Shown piece by piece: positions 20,375-30,578 of a DNA stretch of 64,000 nt. The notes under the pieces were generated by a model. That model was not told the origin of the DNA. It saw only the letters and a program-made list of their open reading frames with translations, and searched no databases. Each line of letters opens with the position of its first letter. The stretch's first letter is position 1. Location of the stretch: positions 2,738 through 66,737 of the forward strand of contig JAVZCV010000001.1 in NCBI GenBank assembly GCA_038874215.1, written 5' to 3'. A program made the position numbers and the translations under genes. The DNA comes from Candidatus Micrarchaeia archaeon. GTDB taxonomy: Archaea; Micrarchaeota; Micrarchaeia; Burarchaeales; JAVZCV01.

Positions 20375-20426
20375 GAAACCCTTTTCTTTAAAAAAGAAAA
20401 GCGTTTCAACGGAAAAGAAACGCTTT
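20375..20426. repeat. Overlapping inverted repeats (REP-like hairpin element)
   Basis: GAAAC-C-CTTTTCTTT/AAAGAAAAG-C-GTTTC (20375-20407) overlaps the perfect AAAGCGTTTC/GAAACGCTTT (20398-20426). Confidence 0.6.
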
Positions 20427-20521
20427 GCGAAAAATAAGGAATGGGTTGATGATGATAGACGGACGGGCTGATGTAAATTAGACTGAGTGGAAAGGAATGG
20501 GTTTTAAAAATTAAACCAGGT

Positions 20522-21529
20522 TCACTTTTTTATTTGCCTGCTCGTGCTAGAAATCTGTTTTGCTTGGATGGTTCTATCAATAATTTCGTCCTTGGCATTC
20601 TCGATTATCTTTAGTCCGCGGTCAATGGTTTCTGCTTTTTTCTGAACCTCCTCTATTAGTTGCATAAGAATCTGGAGGCTCTTTTTATATTCCCCAATGT
20701 CCCCCTCACAAATATGGCGCTTATACTCTTCATACAACAAGTATGCCGTGAGATATACGAACCCGTATGGCGTTAATAAGACATTTTTCTTTCTCGCATA
20801 TTCCATCAACTCTGGGAAATTCTCTGTTATTGCGGGGGGCACTGCAAGAATGCATTTATCTATCGTGTTTTGCTGATTTTGGTATTTCATCACTTCCGAG
20901 ATATATTTTTCGACCTTTTGTTTGATCTCTTTTTTTAATTGTGATTGTTTGTGTAGGTCATCGGTTTTCTCCAGTTCATCTAAGAAACTAAACACTTCGG
21001 GAACCTTGGATCTATCGGGATGAATTTCCCATCCCCAAGATCAAATGCGAACTCAACTACACCACCACCAGTAATAACATTTGTTTTGATTAATCCTATC
21101 TTTATCGGTTCTTTCAAATAAAACTTCAGAATTTCCTCACCAGCCATTCCGCGTTTCTTTACCCCGAGCATAAAACCTTGAAATTCCCTCACGGATGAAA
21201 ACATTTCCTGCATGATAACCTGATTCTGTTGTATAAACTCTTGCCATCGTTTTTCTCTCTCCTCTCTCATTTTTTCATTCTCTCTCCTCTCTCATTTTTT
21301 CACGTTCTTTTTCTATTTCTTCGCGACTTTTTTCCAGATCAAAAATCTGCGTTTTCATTTCTACTATCTGAGAGTTTAATTGGCTGAGAAGAGTGGTTTG
21401 GTTGCGTAGGTCTGCTTTCTCGTATACTCTTATTCTACTGGATAGGTAACCTAATATAAACCCGATAACTAATCCTACCACAAGAAAAACTGCAGAAAGA
21501 AAAATAGCCAATAAATCCAAAAGCGCCAT
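20522..21529 (-). pseudogene. rmuC: RmuC-family protein broken into three frames
   Basis: N-terminal TM plus coiled coil, KKRGMAGEEIL, VEFAFDL, IPIDPRFP. Disrupted by a 25-bp duplication and by an apparent 1-bp deletion near 20997. Confidence 0.75.
21253..21302. repeat. Perfect 25-bp tandem duplication
   Basis: TTCTCTCTCCTCTCTCATTTTTTCA x2. Confidence 0.95.
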
Positions 21530-21703
21530 ACAACCACCCCAACTTATCTTATGTTTCAGTATGTTAAAAATATGTGATACGGGCTATTAAATGGCTATGT
21601 GTCTCTTTTCCTTTGGGGAGCATCTCGCCACTCTTACTCTATAGCCACGTGATGTTTCATTAAGAAAACAAGCTGCGCATTGGTAGAAAAGCATTACGCG
21701 AGT

Positions 21704-23395
21704 TTAGCGACGCCTGATGAAAACCTCGTGAATATGCCTGGCTATGTCCCAAAGCAACAAGGCAGAGACAAAAAGTGGGATTATAGAAAGCTGCTTGAAA
21801 GCCTCAAGCCGTAGGATGGAGAGCAGGAAGGGAAGATAAGTAGCCCCTACAAGACAAAAGAGCAACAGTATCGCATTTCTCATTATTTCCATTCCGAGTT
21901 GCTTCCTTTTTCCCCGAGCATGGAGAAAAGAGTCCGCCAGCTCATCAAGAATGTTGTGGAGCGCATTAATGATTGTTATAAGCGGGAATATTGATGCAAT
22001 TACTATGAGCGCTATAAAGCCGTAGGCAAAAAAAATGTACGTGTTGTTTGGAGGCAGGTATGGAATTAGGGATAGGGTGAGGAAGATGCCGCCCCCCATA
22101 ACAACTAAAAGCGATGCATTCGCAACGAGCTTCTTTCCGTTGTGTATGAACGCAAGGAAGAACCTTCCGCCGGGCTCAAAGTTCCTAACTACGGCGCCAA
22201 AATACCGAGATATTTCGAGCATACGTAAGAGTAGTCCATAAGGCATCGCATTTATGATGAGTGAATGAATGAACTCTGTCCTATTTATTGCCTCAGAGGT
22301 TATAACTGCGCTCATTAGAACGATGACAGATGTTATCCCGACGATATCAAAAGAGACGAGCTCGCTTGCCTCGCGCGCAAGCAAAAGAGAGAATTCGCCA
22401 GTAGGTATCATGGCGAGCCCCGCAAAAACCGCTGATTTACCACCCAAGCCAACGAAATATGTGCTCAGGCCCATACCAAAAAACTTTGAGAGTGTAGTGA
22501 TGATGAGAAGTGTGAGAAGAAGAGGCAAGTTCTGGAGCAATAAAAGAGGCTTAACGAACATGCCCATCGTAAGAAAGAATAGGGCAGTAAACACAGATGT
22601 GAAAGGCTTTATCCTTTTTTCCATTTCCCCACCACTCGGCAGGGTCATTACTATGCTTCCTGCGACAAATGCGCCAATTGATGGAGCGAGGCCCAGAGCG
22701 GCAGCTGCATAGCTGAGCCCGATAGCCATCGCAACTGCGGCAAGCGAGAGAGATTCGTCTGTCCCATATTTCAATATCCAGCAGACAATACCTCTGAGCA
22801 CTCTTTGAAGCAAAACGTATACGAGAGCAAGAAGTGAAAGAGCGATTATGAATGGTAAAAACAAGTCCTGCGAGCTCTGGATGCTTGCAGAACCAGAGGA
22901 GAAGAAAGCAAGAAGGAAGATGGCGAATACATCTTCAAGAATGAGAGTTGCGATTAGCAGGTTTGCCTCCCTTCTATTTTTAATCCCCTTATCGGAAAGC
23001 ATGCGTGCAACTATTGCTGTGCTCGTAACAGAGAATATTGCACCAACTACAAGCGATTCAAAAAGCGATAGTCCTGCCAGCAATGCTGTTTCGTATGTAG
23101 CAACAAACACGATGGATATTTTCAATACGCTGACCAGTATTGCACGGAGACCGCATCGCAGAAGCTTGCCTAAGCTGAACTCAATCCCTATGGTGAAGAG
23201 AAGAAGCACGGCGCCTATTTCTGCCAACATGTTGATGAAATCCGTATGTGCAACCAAACCGAGCATATTCGGGCCTATGAGTGCTCCAGTTATGAGAAGG
23301 CCTAAAACGGTGGGCTGACCGAACCTGTTTGCTACTATGCCGCCAACAAGGGCGAAAACGGAGATTATACCCAGCTCCGCAATAAAGTCCACCAT
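21704..23395 (-). CDS. Cation:proton antiporter (CPA2/Kef-like)
   Basis: GLLITGALIGP, EIGAVLLLFTIGIEFS, TSTAIV, LILED, IGAFVAG, GEFS. Confidence 0.9.
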   Translation of the reverse strand: MVDFIAELGIISVFALVGGIVANRFGQPTVLGLLITGALIGPNMLGLVAHTDFINMLAEIGAVLLLFTIGIEFSLGKLLRCGLRAILVSVLKISIVFVATYETALLAGLSLFESLVVGAIFSVTSTAIVARMLSDKGIKNRREANLLIATLILEDVFAIFLLAFFSSGSASIQSSQDLFLPFIIALSLLALVYVLLQRVLRGIVCWILKYGTDESLSLAAVAMAIGLSYAAAALGLAPSIGAFVAGSIVMTLPSGGEMEKRIKPFTSVFTALFFLTMGMFVKPLLLLQNLPLLLTLLIITTLSKFFGMGLSTYFVGLGGKSAVFAGLAMIPTGEFSLLLAREASELVSFDIVGITSVIVLMSAVITSEAINRTEFIHSLIINAMPYGLLLRMLEISRYFGAVVRNFEPGGRFFLAFIHNGKKLVANASLLVVMGGGIFLTLSLIPYLPPNNTYIFFAYGFIALIVIASIFPLITIINALHNILDELADSFLHARGKRKQLGMEIMRNAILLLFCLVGATYLPFLLSILRLEAFKQLSIIPLFVSALLLWDIARHIHEVFIRRR

Positions 23396-23448
23396 GTTTT
23401 TATGTAAGATGCTGAATTTTTAAAAAGTCAAGGTAAAGCAATATTAAT

Positions 23449-23462
23449 TTAGGTATGCCTAA
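23449..23462. promoter_or_regulatory. DtxR/MntR-type operator palindrome
   Basis: TTAGG-TATG-CCTAA, 8 nt upstream of the DtxR-family ATG; resembles TTAGG..CCTAA DtxR-family boxes. Confidence 0.7.
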
Positions 23463-23470
23463 TATTCGGT

Positions 23471-24094
23471 ATGAAAAAAGTAAGCCCCGAGATGGAGGAG
23501 TATCTTGAAGCGATATACAGAAAAAAGGAAAAAGGAGAAACGGCGACAACCAAGGATATTTCCGAAGCACTGAAGGTTTCCAAGCCAAGCGTTACAGAAA
23601 TGTTCAGAAAACTCTCAGAGAAGGGGCTTATCAAATACGAACCATACAAGGGTGCCGTCCTAACAAAAGCAGGCGAGGAAATAGGTAGGGATATAACAAG
23701 GAAGCATAGGCTCATTGAAAAACTGCTTATGCTTCTTGGCGTTAGAAAACGAAGGGTACATGAAGAGGCTTGCGCTCTTGAACACGCCGTTTCTGATGAA
23801 GTTGAGAAAGCGATAGAAGCGTCAATGGTGCGTAGCGAGAATGATTGGACTCATGGGGAGAAAGTTAAGAGACTTGATGCACTTAGGGAAGGGGAAACGG
23901 GCAAAGTCGCATTTATAATGGCAGGGAGGAGCGCGACGCGGAGGCTTGCGGACATGGGACTTGTTCCCGGCACAACGGTTACTGTTACGAGACTGTCTCC
24001 AATGGGCGGACCGATTGAGGTATCTGTGAGAGGTACGGAACTCGCGTTGGGTAGAGGGTTGGCTTCAAGAATTTTTGTTGAGGTTGAAAGATGA
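23471..24094 (+). CDS. DtxR-family metal-dependent repressor with C-terminal FeoA domain
   Basis: EEYLEAIY, SKPSVTEM, RKHRLIE, EACALEHAVS; RRLADMGLVPG FeoA domain. Confidence 0.95.
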   Translation: MKKVSPEMEEYLEAIYRKKEKGETATTKDISEALKVSKPSVTEMFRKLSEKGLIKYEPYKGAVLTKAGEEIGRDITRKHRLIEKLLMLLGVRKRRVHEEACALEHAVSDEVEKAIEASMVRSENDWTHGEKVKRLDALREGETGKVAFIMAGRSATRRLADMGLVPGTTVTVTRLSPMGGPIEVSVRGTELALGRGLASRIFVEVER

Positions 24095-26019
24095 GGAAGA
24101 TTAGAGTCGCGCTCGCAGGAAACGCCAACGTTGGGAAATCGGTTATATTCAACTATCTTACGGGTCTTCATCAGCACATAGCAAACTGGCCTGGTAAAAC
24201 TGTTGAGAAAATGGAGGGAACGCTCAAATTTAAAGGGTATGAGATAGATGTTGTTGATTTGCCCGGTATATACTCGCTATCAACATACTCACAAGAGGAG
24301 TTAATTTCGCGGGAGTATATAGCATTGCAGAAACCCGATGTTGTTATAAACGTGGTTGATGCGTCTGCGCTTGAAAGGAATCTCATGTTCACCATTCAAC
24401 TTTTGGAATTGGAAACGCCATTGGTGATTGCTTTAAATATGATGGACGTTGCTGAGAGAAGAGGAATAGATATAGACCACGAGAAACTCTCAGCTATTCT
24501 TGGTGTTCCAGTCGTTCCCGTAATAGCCACGAGGGGTATAGGTATCTATGCATTGATAGAGAAAGCAATAGAATCGGTGGAGAAAGATGTGAAGGGTGGG
24601 ATGAAGGTGAGATATTGTAAGATGATAGAGGATAAGATTGGGGAGCTTTCTCCCCGTTTGGAAAATTTGGGGTTGCCTTATCCTGTTAGATGGGTTGCAT
24701 TGAAGTTGCTTGAAGGCGATGAGGAGATTATTGGTATGATTGAGGCGAAGAACAAGGAGGTTGTTCAGCTTGCAGAAAAAATGAGAGAGGAGATAGAGGC
24801 AAAAAACAGGCGAATGTGTTGTATGAGCATAGCAACAGAGAGATATGCAATAGTAAATAAAATTGTTGGGGAATGCCAGCAGATAAAACCGCTGAGTAAA
24901 CCATCTTTAGAGGATAGGATTGATGATTTTGTTCTTCATAGGGTGTTTGGGTATGTTCTACTTGCAATCGTTGTTCTTTCTATTTTTTACTTAGTTTTCG
25001 GATTGGGTACCTTTCTATCTGATATTTTTTCAGAGCTGGCAGGAAGTGTGCCCTCTGGAAGTTTGTTTTTTGGGGAAAGTTTTTGGGCCATTCTTTGGGA
25101 TGGTTTTTTTGAGGGCATCATCGCAGGCATCAGTATAGCAATTCCGTATCTAATCCCGTTTTTTATTATCTTATCACTTTTGGAGGATTCGGGATATCTT
25201 GCGAGAATGTCTTTTCTTATGGATAGGGTAATGCACCTTGTAGGGCTGCATGGCAAGGCATTCCTTCCTATGATGCTGGGTTATGGGTGTAATGTCCCAG
25301 CATGCTTGGGTTGCAGGATAATGGAAACAGAGGGGGAGCGTTTTCTTGCTGCTTTTGTATCAACTCTTGTTCCATGTGCTGCTAGAACTGTTGTAATTCT
25401 CGGGCTCGTTGGCACTTATCTTGGAAGTGGATGGGCTATGGGCATGTATGCAATCAATTTTGTCTTTATACTGCTGCTTGGCAGGCTCGCCTTCAAGATG
25501 CTTCCAGGAGAGCCCGTTGGCCTTATAATGGAAATGCCTTCGTATAAGATGCCGTCTGTAAGGGGTGTTTTTTTGAAAACGTGGTTTAAGCTTCAGGATT
25601 TTGTTTACATTGCGTTTCCAATACTGGTTGTATCTACGTTGGCGGTGAAGCTCATGGAGTTCGCAGGTCTGCTTGAGCCTGTATCCGCTTTCCTTAGTCC
25701 TATAACAGTAGGCTGGCTTGGTCTGCCTGCTTTCGCAGGTATAACGCTTATTTTCGGGGTTTTGAGGAAGGAATTAACGCTTGTTTTGCTCGTGGCGCTT
25801 TCTGGAACGACAAACCTGTCCGCTGTGCTCTCGCCATTGCAAATGGTCGTCTTCACGCTCGTAACTCTCTTCTATATCCCGTGCGTAGCTACGATATCAA
25901 CCCTTGTAAAGGAGTTTGGCTGGAAAAGAGCGCTTGCAATAACGCTTTTTGAAATAGCTTTCGCCATATTGCTGGGTGGTATTGCGCTACGGATTCTGCC
26001 TTATATGGGGCTTACGTAG
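24091..26019 (+). CDS. feoB: Ferrous iron transporter FeoB
   Basis: [42 protein letters not shown]. Confidence 0.97.
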   Translation: MRKIRVALAGNANVGKSVIFNYLTGLHQHIANWPGKTVEKMEGTLKFKGYEIDVVDLPGIYSLSTYSQEELISREYIALQKPDVVINVVDASALERNLMFTIQLLELETPLVIALNMMDVAERRGIDIDHEKLSAILGVPVVPVIATRGIGIYALIEKAIESVEKDVKGGMKVRYCKMIEDKIGELSPRLENLGLPYPVRWVALKLLEGDEEIIGMIEAKNKEVVQLAEKMREEIEAKNRRMCCMSIATERYAIVNKIVGECQQIKPLSKPSLEDRIDDFVLHRVFGYVLLAIVVLSIFYLVFGLGTFLSDIFSELAGSVPSGSLFFGESFWAILWDGFFEGIIAGISIAIPYLIPFFIILSLLEDSGYLARMSFLMDRVMHLVGLHGKAFLPMMLGYGCNVPACLGCRIMETEGERFLAAFVSTLVPCAARTVVILGLVGTYLGSGWAMGMYAINFVFILLLGRLAFKMLPGEPVGLIMEMPSYKMPSVRGVFLKTWFKLQDFVYIAFPILVVSTLAVKLMEFAGLLEPVSAFLSPITVGWLGLPAFAGITLIFGVLRKELTLVLLVALSGTTNLSAVLSPLQMVVFTLVTLFYIPCVATISTLVKEFGWKRALAITLFEIAFAILLGGIALRILPYMGLT

Positions 26020-26112
26020 AGACACATATTTATATAAGCTTGTAGGTGCATAATACTATTGCTAATTGGTTACCTGATGTAACCTTTAGAAAAAGAAAAA
26101 ATAGGTGTAGAA

Positions 26113-26289
26113 ATGGCTTTTGGAGATAGAGAAGACAGAAACGGTAGAAGAGGCCGCTTTGGTGGCGAAAGGGAAATGCACCCTGCAGTCTGCTCTGATT
26201 GCGGGCAGCAGACCGAGGTTCCTTTTAAGCCCACCGAAGGAAGGCCCGTATACTGCCGGGACTGTTACCAGAAACATAGAAGATACTGA
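26113..26289 (+). CDS. CxxC-x17-CxxC zinc-ribbon small protein (58 aa, not in ORF track)
   Basis: MAFGDRE...EMHPAVCSDCGQQTEVPFKPTEGRPVYCRDCYQKHRRY; AGGTG SD. Confidence 0.88.
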   Translation: MAFGDREDRNGRRGRFGGEREMHPAVCSDCGQQTEVPFKPTEGRPVYCRDCYQKHRRY

Positions 26290-26338
26290 TTCCTGTTTAT
26301 TTAATCATCGGGATCAGAATTCCTTTTTTAATTTCTTT

Positions 26339-26890
26339 TTATTTTTTTCTTGCTTTTTCTATAAGGAAATTGATAAAGCCCTCAAATGTTCCTTCTTTTG
26401 CATATAGTGCATTCCATTCTCGGCACCACTTCCCATACTCCGCCGCTTCTTCTTCATGTTTTTTGACAGCGTTTGTAAAATCATCCAACGTTTTTTTATC
26501 AAGTTCCCAGCGTGAAGGACAGCGGAAGTTTTTTTTGTATACAATGGATGAACCGCTTTTTTCAAAGGGGTATGCACGACATAGAAGCGGACGGGCTTCG
26601 TATACAGAGCAGAGGTTTTCATCGTTAAGAAAAACACAGCATTCCCTGTTATCCCTCTTTAAACATAGGAAAAATTCCACCGGCTTGCCTCTGTCATATA
26701 GAAAGAAGCCGCTCGTAGGGGGATTTAGGATAAGGTGGGAGGGAACCGCATCCGCCCATTCTGTGCTTTTGGTGTAATCAGCAAGACGCAGAAGGTCGTT
26801 AGCTGTTATGCAAACGATGTAGTTTTTACAGCAGTTGGCATCACATCTTGCACATGGCCCGCTCGTGGCATTACGATATTCGTATTCCAT
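26339..26890 (-). CDS. YkgJ-family cysteine cluster protein
   Basis: CARCDANCC, CVFL, CSVYEARPLLCRAYPF. Confidence 0.9.
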   Translation of the reverse strand: MEYEYRNATSGPCARCDANCCKNYIVCITANDLLRLADYTKSTEWADAVPSHLILNPPTSGFFLYDRGKPVEFFLCLKRDNRECCVFLNDENLCSVYEARPLLCRAYPFEKSGSSIVYKKNFRCPSRWELDKKTLDDFTNAVKKHEEEAAEYGKWCREWNALYAKEGTFEGFINFLIEKARKK

Positions 26891-26927
26891 AACCAGAAGT
26901 AGAAGCTAATCATTAAAATTTTCATCT

Positions 26928-28010
26928 TCAATCAACTACGCCTTTCGCCGCTGCAATGACGCCTTTTCTATACGGATTTATAAGGAACGAATTGCGTATG
27001 GCATTTCCCATGCACGGGAGTGCCTTACTGATCGCATTTTCGGCTTTTGTTTTTTTCCGCACCCAAAGATGAAGCGTGGCACCAGAGCCATTTGATATGC
27101 CCATGAGAAAATCGTCTATATCCTCTGCTCTGCCGCAGAAAATATCAGTTTTAGAGAAAGGAATGTTTGAGTGGAAGCTTGGCCGTCCCTCAAAGCTTAT
27201 TGCTGCGAGGGTGATTGGAGTGATACAAAACCCATAGCTTTCTATACCAATTTCAATCCCGTCACGCAGCATTTTTTTCAAGGCAATTCCGATCGTTATC
27301 CCAACATCTTCAAGGACGGCGTGGGAGAGGGCGTAGGTTTTAATCCTGCTGTTTATAGAGCAGGAAATGGGAGTAGAGGAAAACATCGCACTAACCAGCT
27401 TTTCTAAACGATGGCTAAAAGGAGAGGGTGCATGGACCGAGATGCCGCTTTTCCCAAGGCATAGCGATGCGTGAATTTTCGTTTCTGCCGTCTCTCTTTC
27501 CGCGGTAGAAGTGAGGGAAGGGGCTCTGTTTTCTCTCCCCCTAAGCTCACGTATCGCTTCTCCTACGCCCCTGAACACACTTTCCCACATGTGGTGGGGG
27601 TCGTTTCCGTTAATTACTTCTATGAACATTCCCATCCCCATACCCATACATAGTCCTTCAACAAGCTCAGATAGCTCCGATGCGTTTGTATCCTCTACTC
27701 TGCCTTTAAGAAGCTCTCCCTCATTTTTTCCTGCCTTTATTTTCAGCTTCCTGCCTCCGCCTATTGAAACGACGCATATTGATTCGTCTATTATGCCCAG
27801 GGCTTGTGCCTCGGCATGTTTAAGGAAGGGTTTCAGCGCCTTTCCGACTTCCTCGCCCAACTCACGCATGCGCCATTCGCCAGATATCTCTGCGTTGAGG
27901 CACGCCCTTAGAAAAACATGCTCAAGCATGTGTCTTGTGAATGCAGGTGAATCTATCTGAAAAACAAGAGGTACTCTTTCGCCTTCGTATATGCGCATAG
28001 ATTTTTTCAT
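26928..28010 (-). CDS. Tandem-duplicated imidazoleglycerol-phosphate dehydratase (HisB)-like protein
   Basis: Repeat 1 has RHMLE, IDE and DPHHMWESVFR. Repeat 2 has RETAETKI, HAVLEDVG, TLH and AAKG. Confidence 0.7.
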   Translation of the reverse strand: MKKSMRIYEGERVPLVFQIDSPAFTRHMLEHVFLRACLNAEISGEWRMRELGEEVGKALKPFLKHAEAQALGIIDESICVVSIGGGRKLKIKAGKNEGELLKGRVEDTNASELSELVEGLCMGMGMGMFIEVINGNDPHHMWESVFRGVGEAIRELRGRENRAPSLTSTAERETAETKIHASLCLGKSGISVHAPSPFSHRLEKLVSAMFSSTPISCSINSRIKTYALSHAVLEDVGITIGIALKKMLRDGIEIGIESYGFCITPITLAAISFEGRPSFHSNIPFSKTDIFCGRAEDIDDFLMGISNGSGATLHLWVRKKTKAENAISKALPCMGNAIRNSFLINPYRKGVIAAAKGVVD

Positions 28011-28062
28011 GAGTTGATATGGCAGGGCATGTTTTTATGCCTTCCGAGAAAAATAACCTTCC

Positions 28063-28860
28063 ATGAGAATGGCTGTTTTGCTTTCTTTTGCATCTGTGCT
28101 CCTCGTTGCTCTTTTCGCTTATTCCGTGCTCTACGAGCCAGAGAACATAAGGGTTGAAAAAGTGGAGATAAGAGATGGGAGGGTGCCGGAGGGATTTAGG
28201 GGAAAAACGTTCGTATTCATGTCGGATTTGCATATAAGAAAGTTCGGTGAGAGGGAGGAGCGCATTCTTGGGATTGTTGATGAACTGAAACCAGATTACA
28301 TACTACTCGGCGGGGATTATGTGGTTAAGAACGAAACTGATGTGAGGGAATTGGAATTTTTTAGGAAGCTTGTAGAGAACCGGACTGTTTTTGCGGTGCT
28401 TGGAAATCATGAACATGTCCATTCAGATACTGAGGGCATAGTGAGAGCAATGGAGCGCTACGATATTATCGTATTGAAAAACGGACATAAGCGGATATGC
28501 GAGAGAAGCGGTTGTATCGGGATAGTTGGTGTTGATGACCCGTATCTTGGGTATGATGATTTAGGGAAGGCGAGGGAAGGCCTCAATTCATCTTACACAA
28601 TCCTGCTTGCGCATACGCCAGACATTATTGATAAGGCGGCTGGCTCTTTTGGTCTTATTCTTTCGGGCCATACGCACTGCGGGCAGCTGAATATGCCATT
28701 TCTGCGAGGCCTCTGGATACCTTCAAAATACGGAGAGAGTTATGCATGCGGGCTGTTTGAAGTGAATGGTACAGTCCTTTATGTTTCAAGGGGGGTTGGG
28801 CATGAAATTCCTATGCGGTTTTTATGCCCGCCTGAGATAACGGTTGTGCGGTTTGCTTAA
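28063..28860 (+). CDS. Metallophosphoesterase (YkuE-like)
   Basis: SDLH, GGD, LGNHE, LAHTP, SGHTHCGQ, VSRGVG. Confidence 0.95.
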   Translation: MRMAVLLSFASVLLVALFAYSVLYEPENIRVEKVEIRDGRVPEGFRGKTFVFMSDLHIRKFGEREERILGIVDELKPDYILLGGDYVVKNETDVRELEFFRKLVENRTVFAVLGNHEHVHSDTEGIVRAMERYDIIVLKNGHKRICERSGCIGIVGVDDPYLGYDDLGKAREGLNSSYTILLAHTPDIIDKAAGSFGLILSGHTHCGQLNMPFLRGLWIPSKYGESYACGLFEVNGTVLYVSRGVGHEIPMRFLCPPEITVVRFA

Positions 28861-28903
28861 TAGAGGGGAGAGTTTTTAATTATCGCAACTACAATCACTA
28901 ATT

Positions 28904-30574
28904 ATGCGCATTAGAGTAGCGATGGCGCAGATGAACGCAACCGTTGGGGATTTTGAGGGGAATGTGAGGGGAATAACCAAGTTCATCAGAATGGCGGAGG
29001 AGGGAGGAGCCGACATCGTTGCGTTTCCTGAGCTCGCCATTACAGGGTATCCGCCACAGGATTTGCTGCTTGAACGTGCTTTTGTAAGGAGGAACTACGA
29101 GGCGCTTAGGAAGATAATGAAGCGCCACCACAAGATAGTCGCAGTCGTTGGTTTTGTTGAAGAGAGGGGCGAAAAACTTTACAACGCTGCTGCGGTTTTT
29201 AGAGGGAAAGAACTTTTAGGAATTGCACGGAAGGCGCTGCTTCCCACATACGATGTTTTTGATGAGGCGAGGTATTTCAGGGGAGCGGATGAGAAAGAGA
29301 TAAAGCCGATAGCCGTGTCCATAAGGGAAAGAAAAATCAATCTTGGCGTTGAGATTTGCGAGGACTTGTGGAATAAACGTGACGAATTAGCCGTCACAGA
29401 GCTTCTTGCGAAGAGAGGGGCGGACATTGTGATTAATATTTCAGCATCGCCGTTTTATGTGGGCAAGAGGTTTGAGCGTGAAAAATTACTATACAACCAC
29501 TCCCGTAAAAACTGTGTGCCGATATTTTATGTGAATATGGTTGGCGGACAGGACGAGCTCGTTTTTGATGGGCAGAGCCTTGCAATGGACAGGTTTGGGC
29601 ATATCATAGGGATTGGAAAGCAGTTTGAGGAGGATCTCATATTTACCGATATAGATGTGGATAAGGGGACTGCTAAAAGAGTTGAGCCCCCTCTTTACAG
29701 GCGGGAGGAGGAAATGTTCGGTGCTCTCGTGCTGGGAATACGCGACTACTTTAGAAAGACGGGCTTTAAAAAGGCAGTAGTAGGGCTCAGCGGCGGGATA
29801 GACTCCTCTCTAACAGCATGCATAGCCGTTGAGGCGCTTGGAAAGGAAAACGTGATTGGAGTTTCAATGCCTTCAAAATATTCAAGCGATCACGGAAAGG
29901 AAGATGCGCAAAAACTTGCCGAAAATCTTGGGATACTTTTTATACGTATACCCATACAGGAAGTGGTTGACAGCTACAAAATGGTGATGGAAGAGTCGCT
30001 TGCGAGAATAAGGGAGAGGTTTGGGTTAAAAAAAGGGGAAGAGGATGCAGTTGCTGATGAGAACATACAGTCAAGAGTTAGGGCTAACTGCCTCATGGAC
30101 ATATCAAACAGGTTTCGGAAGCTTGGGATACTTGTGATTAATACTGGGAATAAAACAGAGCTTGCTCTCGGCTACTGCACGCTTTATGGGGATATGGCAA
30201 GCGGTATAGGTGCGCTCGGCGATGTGAGCAAGCTTGAGGTGTATAAGCTCGCTGCCTATGTCAATGAGAGAGCACAGAGAGAGGTTATACCAGCGCGCGT
30301 ATTTTCTAAGCGCCCATCGCCCGAGTTAAGAGAAGGACATTTCACACCGTTTAATTTTGAGATCGTCAGCCCGATTGTAGATGAGATAATGAGCGGGAAG
30401 AGTAGAAGGGAAATCTTGCGCATGGGTTATCCTAAGAAAATCGTAGATGACGTTTATGAGAGATTTAGGAAAGCAGAGTTCAAAAGGAGACAAGCGGCGC
30501 CTTTTATAAAGATAACGCGCAGGGCTTTTGGAATGGGCTGGAAAATGCCGATAGCTAACAAATATGATGGATGA
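28904..30574 (+). CDS. nadE: Glutamine-dependent NAD+ synthetase
   Basis: Nitrilase domain (FPEL, ICEDLW) plus synthetase domain (GLSGGIDS, TGNKTE, GYCTLYGD, PSPEL, EFKRRQ). Confidence 0.97.
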   Translation: MRIRVAMAQMNATVGDFEGNVRGITKFIRMAEEGGADIVAFPELAITGYPPQDLLLERAFVRRNYEALRKIMKRHHKIVAVVGFVEERGEKLYNAAAVFRGKELLGIARKALLPTYDVFDEARYFRGADEKEIKPIAVSIRERKINLGVEICEDLWNKRDELAVTELLAKRGADIVINISASPFYVGKRFEREKLLYNHSRKNCVPIFYVNMVGGQDELVFDGQSLAMDRFGHIIGIGKQFEEDLIFTDIDVDKGTAKRVEPPLYRREEEMFGALVLGIRDYFRKTGFKKAVVGLSGGIDSSLTACIAVEALGKENVIGVSMPSKYSSDHGKEDAQKLAENLGILFIRIPIQEVVDSYKMVMEESLARIRERFGLKKGEEDAVADENIQSRVRANCLMDISNRFRKLGILVINTGNKTELALGYCTLYGDMASGIGALGDVSKLEVYKLAAYVNERAQREVIPARVFSKRPSPELREGHFTPFNFEIVSPIVDEIMSGKSRREILRMGYPKKIVDDVYERFRKAEFKRRQAAPFIKITRRAFGMGWKMPIANKYDG

Positions 30575-30578
30575 AAGC

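Noticed and set aside
26120-26407. 95-aa plus-strand ORF
   Set aside because: Alternative frame of the real CxxC-x17-CxxC gene at 26113-26289.
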